Assembly (NCBI GenBank): GCA_013239625.1
Contig: MU053934.1
Span: 12,435,413 to 12,499,412 of the forward strand
Direction of reading: 5' to 3'
Origin: Lama guanicoe
Lineage: Eukaryota
Length of the DNA: 64,000 nt
The first letter of the stretch is position 1, and every line of letters begins with the position of its first letter. Positions 24,001 through 36,000 of the stretch are shown piece after piece. The position numbers and the translations under genes are program-made. The notes beneath the pieces were generated by a model. The model was not told where the DNA came from. It made no database searches and was given only the letters and a program-made list of their open reading frames with translations.

Positions 24001-27000
24001 ATGGGGCCTCGCCTGAAGTGTGCTCAGTGCAGATCCATCCTCAGGGTCCTCCTCGGCCTTGCCCTTGGGTCTCTGCTCCCAGGAAGCTGAAATCACTTTA
24101 CATTTAAATCTCAGTCCCTGAAGGAGCCAGCCTTGGAGCTGGGCCTTAGGTGCTGATGCCGCGGGAGCCCTCCCAGCACTGGGGAGGCGGCGGGGCTCAG
24201 CTCTTGACTGCAGAACCATGTGTGGGTCAGAGGGCCATCATAAGACCTCATTTCCTGTCCTCTCCTCAAAGAAAATTTTCTCTCTCCCACTCCCCCTTTT
24301 CACTTTTATTTTACTGTGGCAAAATATACGCAACGTAAAGGTTAACATTTTAGTAGCCTTTAAGCGTGCAGCTCAGTGGCGTTAAGTGCATTCGTTGTTG
24401 TGTAGCTACCACCACGATCCATTTCCGGGACTTTCTCATCTTCCCAAACTCTTTTAAACACACTTCCCATGCCCCGCCCCCGGCCCCCGGCCTTCTGTTT
24501 TCCGTCTCTGAATTTGACTCCTCCGAATGCCTGTGTTGGTGGGCTCATACAGTGTGTGTCCTCTTGTGTCTGGCTCATTTCACTGAGCATCATGTCCTCC
24601 AGGTTCATCGGTGGCGTAGCGCCCGCTGTACTTCCCTTCCTTTTGAGGCTGAATGGAATTTCACAGTGTGGATATAGTACACTGTGTTTATCCATTCATG
24701 CGTTGGTGGACACTCGGGTTGCTTCTGCATTTTGGCTGTTTTTACTAACGCGTCTATAAACATGGATGCGCAAACGTGTGCTAGAGCCCCGGCGTTCACT
24801 TGTTCTGAGTATATACCTAGAGGTGAGATTGATGGGTCAGGTAGTAGTTCTGTGTTCAACTCTTTGAGGTGCCCACAAACTGTTGTCCACGGTGGATACC
24901 CTGTTTCACATTCTTACCAGCAGTCTATGAGGGTTCCAGCTTTTCCACTTTCCTCCAACTACAGTTTCCATTTTTTTTGATAATACCATCTTAATGGGTG
25001 TGAGGTGGTATCTCAATGTGTCTTGACTTGTGTTTGCCTGATGATTAGTGATGTTGAGCACCTTTTCCTGGGCTTTGTACATCGTCTTTGGAGAACTGTC
25101 TGTTACAGTCCTTTGCCCTTTTTGAATTGGGTGTGTTTGATTTTGGTTGTTGAATTGAAGTAATTCTTTATATATTCTAGATGTTAAACTCTTAGATATT
25201 TGATGTGCAAACATTTCCTCCCATTCTGTGAGTTATCTTTTTATTGTCTTGATACTGTTCTTTGATACACAAAAGTATTAAGTTTTGATAAAGTCCACGT
25301 TATCTATTTTTTTCTTTTATTGCTTGTACACTTGATTCCATACCCAAGAAATCATTGCCAAATCCACTGTTATGAAGCTTTCCTGTTTTCTTCTATGAGT
25401 TTTATAGTTTTACGTCTACCAAGTCTTTGATCCATTTTGGGTTCATATATATATGTAGTGTAAGGTAAGGGTCCAGCTTCATTCTTTTGCATGTGGATGT
25501 CCAGTTTTCACAGCACAATTTGTCTTCTTTTGTTTTTTATATAAGTTTCACGTGTACATTGTATTTCTACTTCTGTATACCCTACAGTCAACTACTGGAA
25601 ATTTAGTTTACGTCCGTCACTATGCAGCTGATCTCTTTTACCCATTTCATCCTCCCCCCGCCACCCCACCACCCCTTACCACTGGTCGTCACTACTCTGT
25701 TCTCTGTATCTGCATATTTGTTTTTGTTTGGTTTCTTTATTTAGTTTGTCTTATATTCCACATATGAACAAAATCATACAATATTTGTCTTTCTGACTTA
25801 TTTCACTTAGCATAACACCCCCAAGGTCTATCCATGTTGTTGCAAATGGCAAGATTTCATTCTTTTTTATGGCGGAGTAATATTCCATTGTGTGTATATA
25901 CCACATCAGCTTTATCCAGTCATCTGTTGATGGGCACTTGGGTTGTTTCCACATCTTGTTTATTGTAGATAATGCTGCAGTGAACATGGGGTTGGGGCAT
26001 ATATCTTTTCAAGTTAGTATTTTCGTGCTCTTTGGAGAAGTACTCAGGAGTAGAATTGTTGGATCATGTGGTAGTACTATTCTTAATTTTTTGAGGAACC
26101 TCCATTCTGTCCTCCACAGTGGCTGCACCAATTTACATTCCCACCAACTACAAGTGTAGGAGGGTTCCCTTTTCTCTACCTCCTCACGAACATTTATTAT
26201 TTATTTCAGCACCGTTTGTTGAAAGGACTTTCTTTTCCCATTGAGTGGTCTTGGCATCCTTGTTGAAAATAAATGGACCATATGTGTGAGGATCTATTTC
26301 TGGACTCTGTTCAGTTCTGTTGGTCTGTATGTGTGTCCTTATGCCAGTACCACAGTCTTTTGATTACTATAGCTTTCTTTGTTGGAAGTTTTACAATTGG
26401 GAAGTGTGAGTCCTCCAACTTTGTTCTTTTTCAGAATTGTTTTGGCTTTTGGGATCCCTTAACATTCCAAATGAATTTTAGGATGAGGTTTTCTGTTTCT
26501 ACAAAAAAAAAAAATGCCGTTGGAATTTTGATAGAGGTTATATTAACTCTTGTAGGTCCCTTTGAGTAATATTGTCATCTTAACAAAATGAAGTCTTCTA
26601 GTTTATGAACACAGATGTCTTTCCATTTATTTAGGTTTTCTTTAATTTCTTTCAGCAATATTTTATAGTTTTCAGTGTGTAAGTGCTTATAAGTCTTTCA
26701 TTTTTTAGGTTTAATTTATTCCTAAGTATTTTATTCTTCTGGATGGTCTGCAGATGGAATTTTTTTCTTGTTTTTTGGATTGTTCATTGTTACTGTGTAG
26801 AAATGCCGCTGTTCTTTTTTGTTTTGTTTTGGGGGGAGGCAATTAGGTTTATTTACTTATCTTTTTAATGGAGGTACTAGGGATTGAACCCAGGACCTTG
26901 TGCGTGCTAAGCATGTGCTCTGCCACTGAGCTGCTGTGCCCTCCACCTGCAACTGATTCTTGTGTGTTGATTTGGTATCCTGGGACTTTGCTGAAATTAT

Positions 27001-30000
27001 TTATTAGCTCTGACAGTTTATGTGGAATCTGTAGAATTTTCTGCGTATAAGACTGTGTCATCTGTGAAAAGAGATAATTTTACTTCTGCCTTTTATTTCT
27101 TTTTATCACTTGATTGCTCTGGCTGGAACTTGCGGTGCAGTGTTGGAGGGCAGTGGCGAAAGGGGCGTCTGTGCCTTCTTCCTGATCTCACCGTCGAGTG
27201 TGGTGTTTGCTGTGGGCTTGTCACAGATGCCCTTTGTCATGCTGGGGAAGTTTCCTTTGCTCCTAATTTATTAAGTGTTTTTATCAAGAAAATTTGTTGA
27301 ATTTTGCTGAATGCTAAATGCTTTTTCACAATCAGTTGAGATGAATATGTGGTTTTTGTTCTTCACTTTTTTAATGTGGTATATTACATTGATTGATTTT
27401 CATATGTCAGTCCATTGTTGCGCTCCGGGAATATAAATCCCGCTTGGTCATGGTGTATAATCCTTTTCGTATGCTGCTGAATTTGGTTTGTTATTTTTTT
27501 AAATTATTTGGGGGGGGGTAATTAGTTCTGTCTGTCTGTTTAATGGAGGTACTAGGGATTGAACCCAGGACCTCTTGCACACTAGGTACACCCTCTACCA
27601 CTAAGCTATACCCTTCCCCACCTCCTCCCCACCCCGGCTTCTTAGTATCTTGTGGAGGATTTTTACATTAGTGTTTGTAAAGGGATATTGGTCTGTAGTT
27701 TTCTGCTCTTGTGATGTCTGCGGTATCAGGGCCATACTGGCCTCATGGAACGAATTAGGTGTGAGGTGCTCCCTCCTCTCTTAAGTTTTTGGGAGAGTTT
27801 GAGAAGGACTGATGTTATTAATTCTTCTTTAAACGTTTGGCAGAATTCACCAGTGAAGCCCTGTAGTCTGGGCTTGTCTTTGTCGGGAGGTGGGTACTTT
27901 GTGTTGAAGACAAGGCAGCGCGGCGAAGCCCCCTCCCAGGTCACCCGAGGTCACACAGACAGAGACGGTGAAGCTGAGATTGCGCCTATCTTTCTGTGGA
28001 GGAGGAGGACTGCGTGGAGCTGAGGGCCTCCTTCTGTCAGCAGCTCCCAGCTTCCTGGTGTGCAGGGAGGGCTCACGCGCACACACTGCACCCACCCTGT
28101 CTCCCCTGCACACCCCTTCCCCTTCCACATGGGCAGCAGATGGTCTGGGTGTGAGGTGGCTATGTCACCACTCCCAGCTGGCGTCGCACTGCCGTCTTCA
28201 CGGGCGGGTGTGTGTGGTGGGGTGCAGCTCCCCACTCAGCCTGCTCTGCGACTTGAGCCTGGAGCTTGGGTTTGGGCCCCTCTGGGAAGTGTCTCCACGC
28301 GCACCTCCTGATTTCACGACTCCACTGGATAGAGTCCCAGGGGTTGGAGAATTTCGCACTCCCAGGAGCTTGTGGGTCAAAGATAGTCATAAAGGAAGAA
28401 TGATTAAAGTACTGTGTAGCAACATGTGTCGATGGTGGATTTTACAGGGGAATGCGCGGCCTTAAAAAGACACGCTGGAAAAGGAGAGGCTGAGGGTTCA
28501 TGGGTTAAGCTTCCAATTTAAGGACAAAAGCATAAACCCACAGGAAGTGGTCAGATAAGAGCAAAGATGAGACAGAAACAAAGCCCCCGGCTGGATGGAG
28601 GTGGAAGGCATGTGGCTCTTTGCCGAAGTTTCTAAGGGCACTGGGTCCGGACGGTCAGGAGATAGTGGAAACGGTGCTCGCGCTTCAGGAGACCAGCCTG
28701 AGGGCTTCCCTCCGCCCCCAGGACCTGTTCTTTAAGTACACCTGGAATAACTTCTTGCACCTCCAAGTGGAACTGTGCATAGCTGCGATCCTGTCCCACG
28801 CTGCCTGGAAGGACAGGGCCGAGGCCAGTGGACCTGAGGGCAGGCTGGAGCCTCCACCCCTCAGCGGGGACCCAGAGACCCCCCAGCCTGCTGCCAGCTG
28901 CCCCGAGAACACGATGGTGACCCATGTAAGTCCAGCTAGTGTCCGTGCATCCTGTGCGTCACCGTGTGCTGAGTCCCCCCAGACCGTGTGGCGGTACCGT
29001 TGATGTGGGCCGTTGTGGCCAGCACGGCCCTGGCCCTTGTGTGTTTTCTCCTCTGACCCTCATGTGACTTGGGGGTGCTGCTCCCCTTTTTCACACAAGA
29101 CCAGAAGTCACAAGGAAAGTGTCCATGTCTGCCCAGGCCCCCAGAGCTAGTGGAGCAGAGGGGTGGGGGTGAGCAGCCGCGCCGTCAGGAATGTGCTCAG
29201 GAGACAGCATGAACGTGTCGCTTCTCGCGGGAAGACTTTCTGGGACTGTGAGCCTCATGGATCCTCTGCGTGACACTCCTTTTTCCTCCTGGGCACGTCC
29301 TTTCGCCTGAGCGCACTCTGGACGCTCACCCCGGGGCCGCCTGCACGCCGCCGTGTGCTCATGGGCCTTCCCAGGGCTGTGGGCAAGAGCACACCTGCGT
29401 CCCTGGGGACTGTGTCCCCAGTGGGGAGGGAGCAGGTACGTGGGAGGGTGGAGCACGTGGCACAGACCATCCCCCAGCTGGAGAGCCCCTGTGAACAGAG
29501 GAGGGTCGTGGGGGTTGGCCCTGCCCCTCACCGGGCTGGCTTTGAGGCTCAGACAAGAGGGCTTGGAGGGGGTCCTGAAGGACTGCTCCTGCCTGCCGTG
29601 GCCCGTTTTGCTGGGCATCTACGGGCCTGAGCTGGTCGATGGCCAACGGGGTGAATAGCCGGGGTGGGTGGTTTCAGTGCTGAGAGCCACATGGCGGAGG
29701 GAGGGGGCAGGGGCCATTCAGGCCAGGGAGTGATCCCCACCCAGATGAAGAGGCCACAGTTGTGTGAGTGGGGGGGTGCGATTTGGATCCCAGAACAAAA
29801 ATCCCAGGTGCCTGGAGCCACAGGGCCTGGGAGCAAGTGAGCACAGGGCCCTGGCCTTCCTGCTGGGCAGAGGAGGTGGGAGAGCCGCCAGAGCAGGGTG
29901 GGAAGCTAGGGGAGGCTGGAGGAGGCCGAAGAGAATGGAACTGTTCTCTTTCGACCCTGGTCTTGATGGGGAAGGCCCTCGGCAGTGCCTGCCGGGTGTC

Positions 30001-33000
30001 TGGTGGGGATGGCAGGGCCGGGCTGTCGTGCTGTCACTGCCCACGGGGGACTTGGGGCTGGTGTGTCTCCTTGCTGCCTGCTAAGCCCACTTGGCCCAGG
30101 GGCAGTGGAAGGGGGTGTGCACCCCTGCTGGCCTGACTGGTGTTGCCTGTCTCCCAGCTGTTCCAGAAGTGTTGTCTGGTCCAGAGGATCCTGGAGGCCT
30201 GGGAAGCCAACGACCACACACAGTGAGAACCCCTGGGGCTTGGGTGGGGCTCTGGGGCTCTGAGGAAGGTTTGTTTGCATGGAAGGGTCCTGCTTCTCAT
30301 GGCCTCCTGCCCCAGCCCCTGGCTCCCTGAGCCCCTGCCCCTCTACTCCACTGTCCTTTGGCAGAGACCCCATGTCCCAGTGTGTCCCGAATCTCGTCAT
30401 CTCCCCATCCCAGCCTCCGGCCACTCCTCTCACTGAACTCCTGAGTCCTTGAAAGAGTGCTCTGGGCCACTCCTGCTTTCTTCCTGCCCCACTGGCCTTC
30501 TGATGCCTGAGCAGCTGGGATTGTTCTGAAACTAGCAGGTGGTGTCACCCCTGCTTGAAAGTCTCAAATGTCTAGATCCCAGGTGTGCCACAGGGTCCAG
30601 GGTTGGCAGCCCCAGCCCACTGTGTTCCCGCTCTGCCTGACCAAGGGCTGCTCCTGGGGGCTCCCAGCCTCACCTAGCTCCCTGCACGTCCCACAGTCAC
30701 TGAGCCACAACGAGCAGGGTGGGGCCACCCGGCCTCCCCCTCGGCCCTGGTCTGTGCGATCGATGCCCAAGGGGCTGGTGCCGAGCCTGCTCGTGTAAGT
30801 GTTGCATGTTGGCGCACGCATGTGCGGCAGTGTCAGGGAGGGGTCCCTGAGCCACAGTAGGCTGTGGGCAGGCTTATGAGCCTGGACGCCTCCATGCCTC
30901 AGCCCTGGCCAGCTGCTCCCAGGCCTCCCCCTCATCCCAGCTTCACCTGTGGACCAGGTCGTCGCGGTCCCTCCTCCCTGCCTCTGCCAGGCTGGCCACC
31001 GACTCAGGACCGCCTTCACTCCCTCTTCTGGGCGTGGCCAGGCTCTCGGGAGGGAGGTGGGAAACAAGCCCCATGAGTGCTGGGGCTCGGGGGCGGCCAC
31101 TCTGAAATGTGTCAGCATCTGGCGTCTTTCCTGACGCGCCGGGGAGTTTAAGACTTGCTCTTCTGTTGGGTCACGTGTGGGACGAGTGAGAAGTTGAGGG
31201 CAGAGCCATGTGTTCATGGCCACATGGGACACAGGTAGACAGAGGGCAGGACGTGTACTTCTGCCGGCTGCTGGGTTCCGTGTTGCTCTCAGTCCTCACC
31301 AGGAACTGGGGATACTCTGGGTCAGCACTCGCAGCACTGACTGGCCCACTGGCCTGGGCTCAGCCCCGGCCACGCCCGTTCTCTGGTCCATCCGTGCAGG
31401 GGTGGGAGCGGCGCCTGCCCGTTTGCACTTCTCAGTAGTGAGATTAGAGTGATGTTGCCATCTAGTAGGCGCTCTCCAAAAATAAGTGTCCCGGAGGCCA
31501 GGCCGTGGTGCGGAAGCTGGTTGGAAGGTGGTCCTGGGCGAGGCCTGCCCTGAAGTGCGGTTGTCTCTCAGGGCAGCAGGCGGCATGAGGCGTGGGAACA
31601 TGGGCCACCTCACCCGGATTGCCAACGCGGTGGTACAGAACCTGGAGCGGGGCCCCATGCAGACCCCTGTCAGCGAGGTCATCCAAGGTGAGTGCCTCCG
31701 GGTGGCAGGAGCCCTGTTCCAGATGTTGCTGCCAGAGGCTGCCCTGCACCTGCCTCCTGCTCTCTGCCCTCCGGCCCCTCAGCTGGCGGTACTGCACTGG
31801 AACCGAGACAGAGGGCTCCCCTTCCCACCTGGGCTCTCCTGTCGGGTGAGCCTGGTGCTGGGTGTCAGTTCTGAGGGGCAGATGTCTGGAGCCCCTGCCA
31901 CAGTCATGGCTCTGGTTCCCCTGCATCCCGCACCCCCTGCGTCTGCCCGCACGCCTGCTGCTGCCCCAGCGTCCAGCTCTTCTCTGCACTCGGGGCTTGG
32001 CCTGGGTGCAGGGCCTCTGTCTCTTAGAGCAGCCGAGGGGCCTGGACAGAGGCAGCCTGTCCTAGCCAGGCCTTCTCTGCCCCACAGACTTCCTCTCATC
32101 ACGACCCGCCAGTCCCCCCCTCAAATCTGGGGGCTGCCACCTGTACCTCTTCCTAGCCCTCACACATCCTGGGCACACGGTCTGCAGCCCCCAGGCATCT
32201 GGCTTCCTGGGCTGAGCTGGGGAGGGCTCCAGGGGGTCTCAGTTCAGACAGATGGTGGGCAGCTTAGAGGGGCCTCGCTGGGGAGGACGCCTGGCCAGCC
32301 TGTACAGGGTGTGCTGGGTGCCAAGAGGGACAGATAATCGGGGCAACCAGGAGGGCCTGAGGGTGACATCCAGTGGGCCCCAAGGGCATGGCGGGTAGTC
32401 ACACTAGCTTCACAGCCACGATGGTTTGCCCCCGGTCCCATGTGGGGGCCTGAGAACAGGGCTGCCCAGGGTGAGATAGATGCCAGAAAGTGCACAAAGG
32501 ATTGAGCAGGCCCACGGTGGGTGTGAGCGACGGGCTCAGCATGCCTTCTGGGGGAGGCGTGGGAGGTGCTGGGTCTGTCCCTGTCCTGTGGCCTCAGCAG
32601 CTTTTTTCCCCCATGGCCTCTGGGGCAGCTGTCAGGTTGTGGGGCCAGGATGAGCTGCCGCTTCCGTCCCAGGGCTTAGCTGGCTGCCTTCTCTGCAGGG
32701 CTCCCTGAAGACTGCCGTGGGCGATGGGACAGCTTCGTGGAGGAGACACTGACGGAGGCCAACCGCAGGAATGCGGTGGACCTGGTGAGCAGCCTGGGTG
32801 GCGCTGACCGGTGCTGCGGCCTCAGGCCCTGGGCCTGTCAAGGGTGCGGCCCCTGCAGCCCTCTGAGCGGGGCAGTATCAGCCTTTTGGTTCTTCCCTGG
32901 CCTGTGCTCCTGGGGCTCCGGTGTGCCCTGCACAGGGAGGGCAGGTCGGCCGTGGCCCTGGGCCCACCCGTCTGGCTGTTGCAGGTCAGCACCCACCACC

Positions 33001-36000
33001 TTCACCCCTCCAGCGAGGATGAGGACATGGAGGGCGTTTTCCCCAGCGAGCTGTCCCTTCAGCAGGTGCGTGTGGCCAGGCCCTGCGCCCCTGCAGCCGG
33101 GCCCCCACCGCCATACTCTGGGCAGCGCTTAGGCCTTGAGGGTGTCCCACTCCCTGGAGTGTCACCAGATGGCCTCGGCAGGACGAGGGAGAGGCGAGCA
33201 CTGATCCCCGCGCCCCTGGTCCAGCTTGTGCAGGAACTGGGGAGTTAGGGCCCCTAGAGCCGTTTTACACTGGTGAGACCTTTGGGGACGTGGTGGGCGA
33301 ACTGAAACTTACGAGTTAGGATGAGGCCACCTGCGAGCATGCGCCGTGGGGGTCAGGGTTTGGGAGAAGCTGCTACAGCATCAGTGGCTCCCTCCCCAGG
33401 CATTCTCTGAGTACCAGGTCCAGCAGATGACGGCCACCTTTGTGGACCAGTTTGGCTTCAGTGACGAGGAGTTTGCCGAGCAGGACGACAGCGTCAAGTG
33501 AGCCCAGCAGCACGCGCCCGCCTCCCTCACGCTGGGCCCCACTTGAACCTCCGCTGCTGCCCGCTCCCCCGTCTTCAGTCCCTGCAGAACAGAGCTGCCC
33601 TCGGCTCAGTGTGACCAGGTCCCAGCCCTGTGGCTCGGCCGTCCCTGGCCTTAGAGGCCGTCACACCATTTCCTCGGCTAGAAGCCAAGTGTGACCCCAC
33701 TGCGCGGAGCTGCCAGGGGAGGTTGGGCTGAGTTCAGCCCCCGAGACACCTTCTGGGGAGGCAGGCTGTTGCCATGCAGACCGGGAACCCGGAGTGGCCA
33801 GGTGGAAGTTATCCCCAGGCTGCTCCATCCAGAGGTGGGAAGAGAGCCTGAGAGCCTGAGGAGGGGAGCCCTCCCCCGACCCCCACCTGCAGACACTCAC
33901 CTGGGCTTGGCCCAGAGCCCTGGCCTCCCTCGGATCTGCCTCCCCTCCCTCCTGGTGCACAAGGGATGGGGACGAGCCCCCGTGGGGTGACGCGTGTCCC
34001 TGTTTGCCCAGTGCCCCGTTTGACAGGATTGCAGATATAAGCTTCAGTGTGGACGCTGACGAGGACAGCGTGAGTCCATGGTGCTCCTTGGGGGTGGACA
34101 GGGTGTGCGGGCCAAGGGCCGCGGGGCCATGTGCGCTCTCCTGCAGCCTGGCGCAGCTCTGTTCGAGGCCTGCTGCAGCGACCACATTCAGCCCTTTGAC
34201 GAAGAGGATGACCTCTGGGAGGATGAGGAGCCGCACCATGCCGCCCGTGTGACCAGAGCCAGGTGGGCCCTGGGGCCACGCGAGCACCAGCCCTGCCTGG
34301 CCACACGTCCCGGGTGTGCGGGCAGCGCTGCTTTGGGGCCCCGCTGTGCTGAGCACGCGTCTCCTCGCAGGTTTGGGGGCCCTCGTGCTTCAGAGAGCTG
34401 CTCAAAGGATGGCCTGGAGCGTGGAGTCCAAGTCGGGGAAGGGAGCCTGGGAGCAGATGGGGATGCCGTGCGGGCAGGCGCCTCTTGGGCTGTTGCCCCG
34501 ACGGAGGGTCCTTGTGCTGAGGGTGGCTCGAAAGGTAGATGGTGGAGCCGTGGGTGCAGGCTGAGCAGAGGAGACATGGGTGGGGACACAGGGACTGGGG
34601 ATTTGGTGCCCTGGCCCGTGTGTGGCAGCAGCTGCTGTGGGCCTGACACCCTCTGGCCCCACTGCACGTGGTTTCCAACAAGCTCCTGTGCCCCTGACCC
34701 TGGTGACACGGGGTTGGTGGGAAATACTTTGGCTCAGCCCTTGGTGGCCCCCTGCTCTGTCACATCACACATCGAGGCTGGTGTCCTTTAATCTCATTGG
34801 GGAAGGTGCCCCCATCCACAGTGGGTCACGTCTGGGCTGCAGGGCTCCGAGGGTGGGCGGGGCCCACTGCTGGTCAAGGGGCCTAGACCAGTGCGTCTTC
34901 TCAACAGGAGCCACGTGGCCAGTGTTTGATGAGCCAGTGAACTCGGCCGCCTCGGTCCCAGGAGTGGCAGTGGACGTGGGTTCCAGCGTGTGGGCGGTCA
35001 GTGCCCCCAGCGCCTCAGCTCCAGAGGAGAAAGGCTGGGCCAAGTTCACTGACTTCCAGCCTTTCTGCTGGTGAGGCAGGGTGGCCGGGAGGCAGCCCTG
35101 GCTGTGTGGGGGCCAGGTCTCCCTGACATGGTCTCAGTGTTAGCCTCGTCTACAGCTCTGAGTCGGGGCCCAGATGCAGTTCTCCGGTGGACATGGGTCC
35201 TAGCGATGCCCAGGGTAGCCTGAACCAGGGCCCAGAGAGAACACGTGAGTAGGGCGGCCCCACGGACAGGGGAGTGGCAGGAGGTGGCCAAGGCCCTGGG
35301 TCACTGTGTCTCCCTGGTGATACTGAGGTTTGCATCACATCTGGGGACTGGACTGCCCCTCGGAGCTCAGGTCTGACTGACCAGCCAAAACCTGTCTGTG
35401 TTGCCAGGCCCCCGGGTGGGCAGTGAGGGCCTTCCCGACCAGGCCAGTCTCCCCAGGCCTTGCTGCCATCCAGGTGTGGGTGGTAGGTGTGCACTGTGCT
35501 GCTTCGATGCCTGTCCTGGGGCCAGTACAGAGCCCCTGGCCCTGAGCCCCAGTCCCCCTGTCAGACTGAGAAGCCCTCCAGGATGTCAGGGTCCCATGGG
35601 GAGGGACCAGGAGTCACAGGCTGAGTGGCGGTCCTCCCTGCAGGGGAGCAGTCTCTCCCTGCGGTTCCCGTGAACGCGCAGATGCACGGTGGGCACGGTG
35701 CGTGCCTGTCCCCGTGTCATAGGCTGAAGTTCTTGCATGTTCCACCCTGGCCCACACAGGCTCGGGGGCCCTGAGGCTCTGCCCTGTGGCCACTCTGTCC
35801 TCACCACATGTTGCCGGCTTTCTGTCTTGCAGTTGGCCCGGCTGTCCCCAGTGCCTGGAACGTGTATGTCACCAGGAAGGCCCCCCTCGTAGCCTCCAGC
35901 AGCCATGAGGACGAGAAGGTGGCAGGTGCCTTGGAGGCTGTCAGTGTGGGTCCTGGCCACAAGGCCCCCCAGCTGCCTGTGTCAGTCCCCAGGTGAGCAC

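Larger units (their letters stand above)
24300..27895 (-). mobile_element. Long antisense LINE-1 (3' UTR to RT region) with a nested L1 and two SINEs
   Basis: Minus ORFs with L1 peptides ([43 protein letters not shown]). Confidence 0.88.

Noticed and set aside
35805..35832. Possible upstream alternative acceptor extending PPP6R2 exon 20 by 21 nt, as recalled for a human isoform
   Set aside because: No AG at the required position in this sequence.
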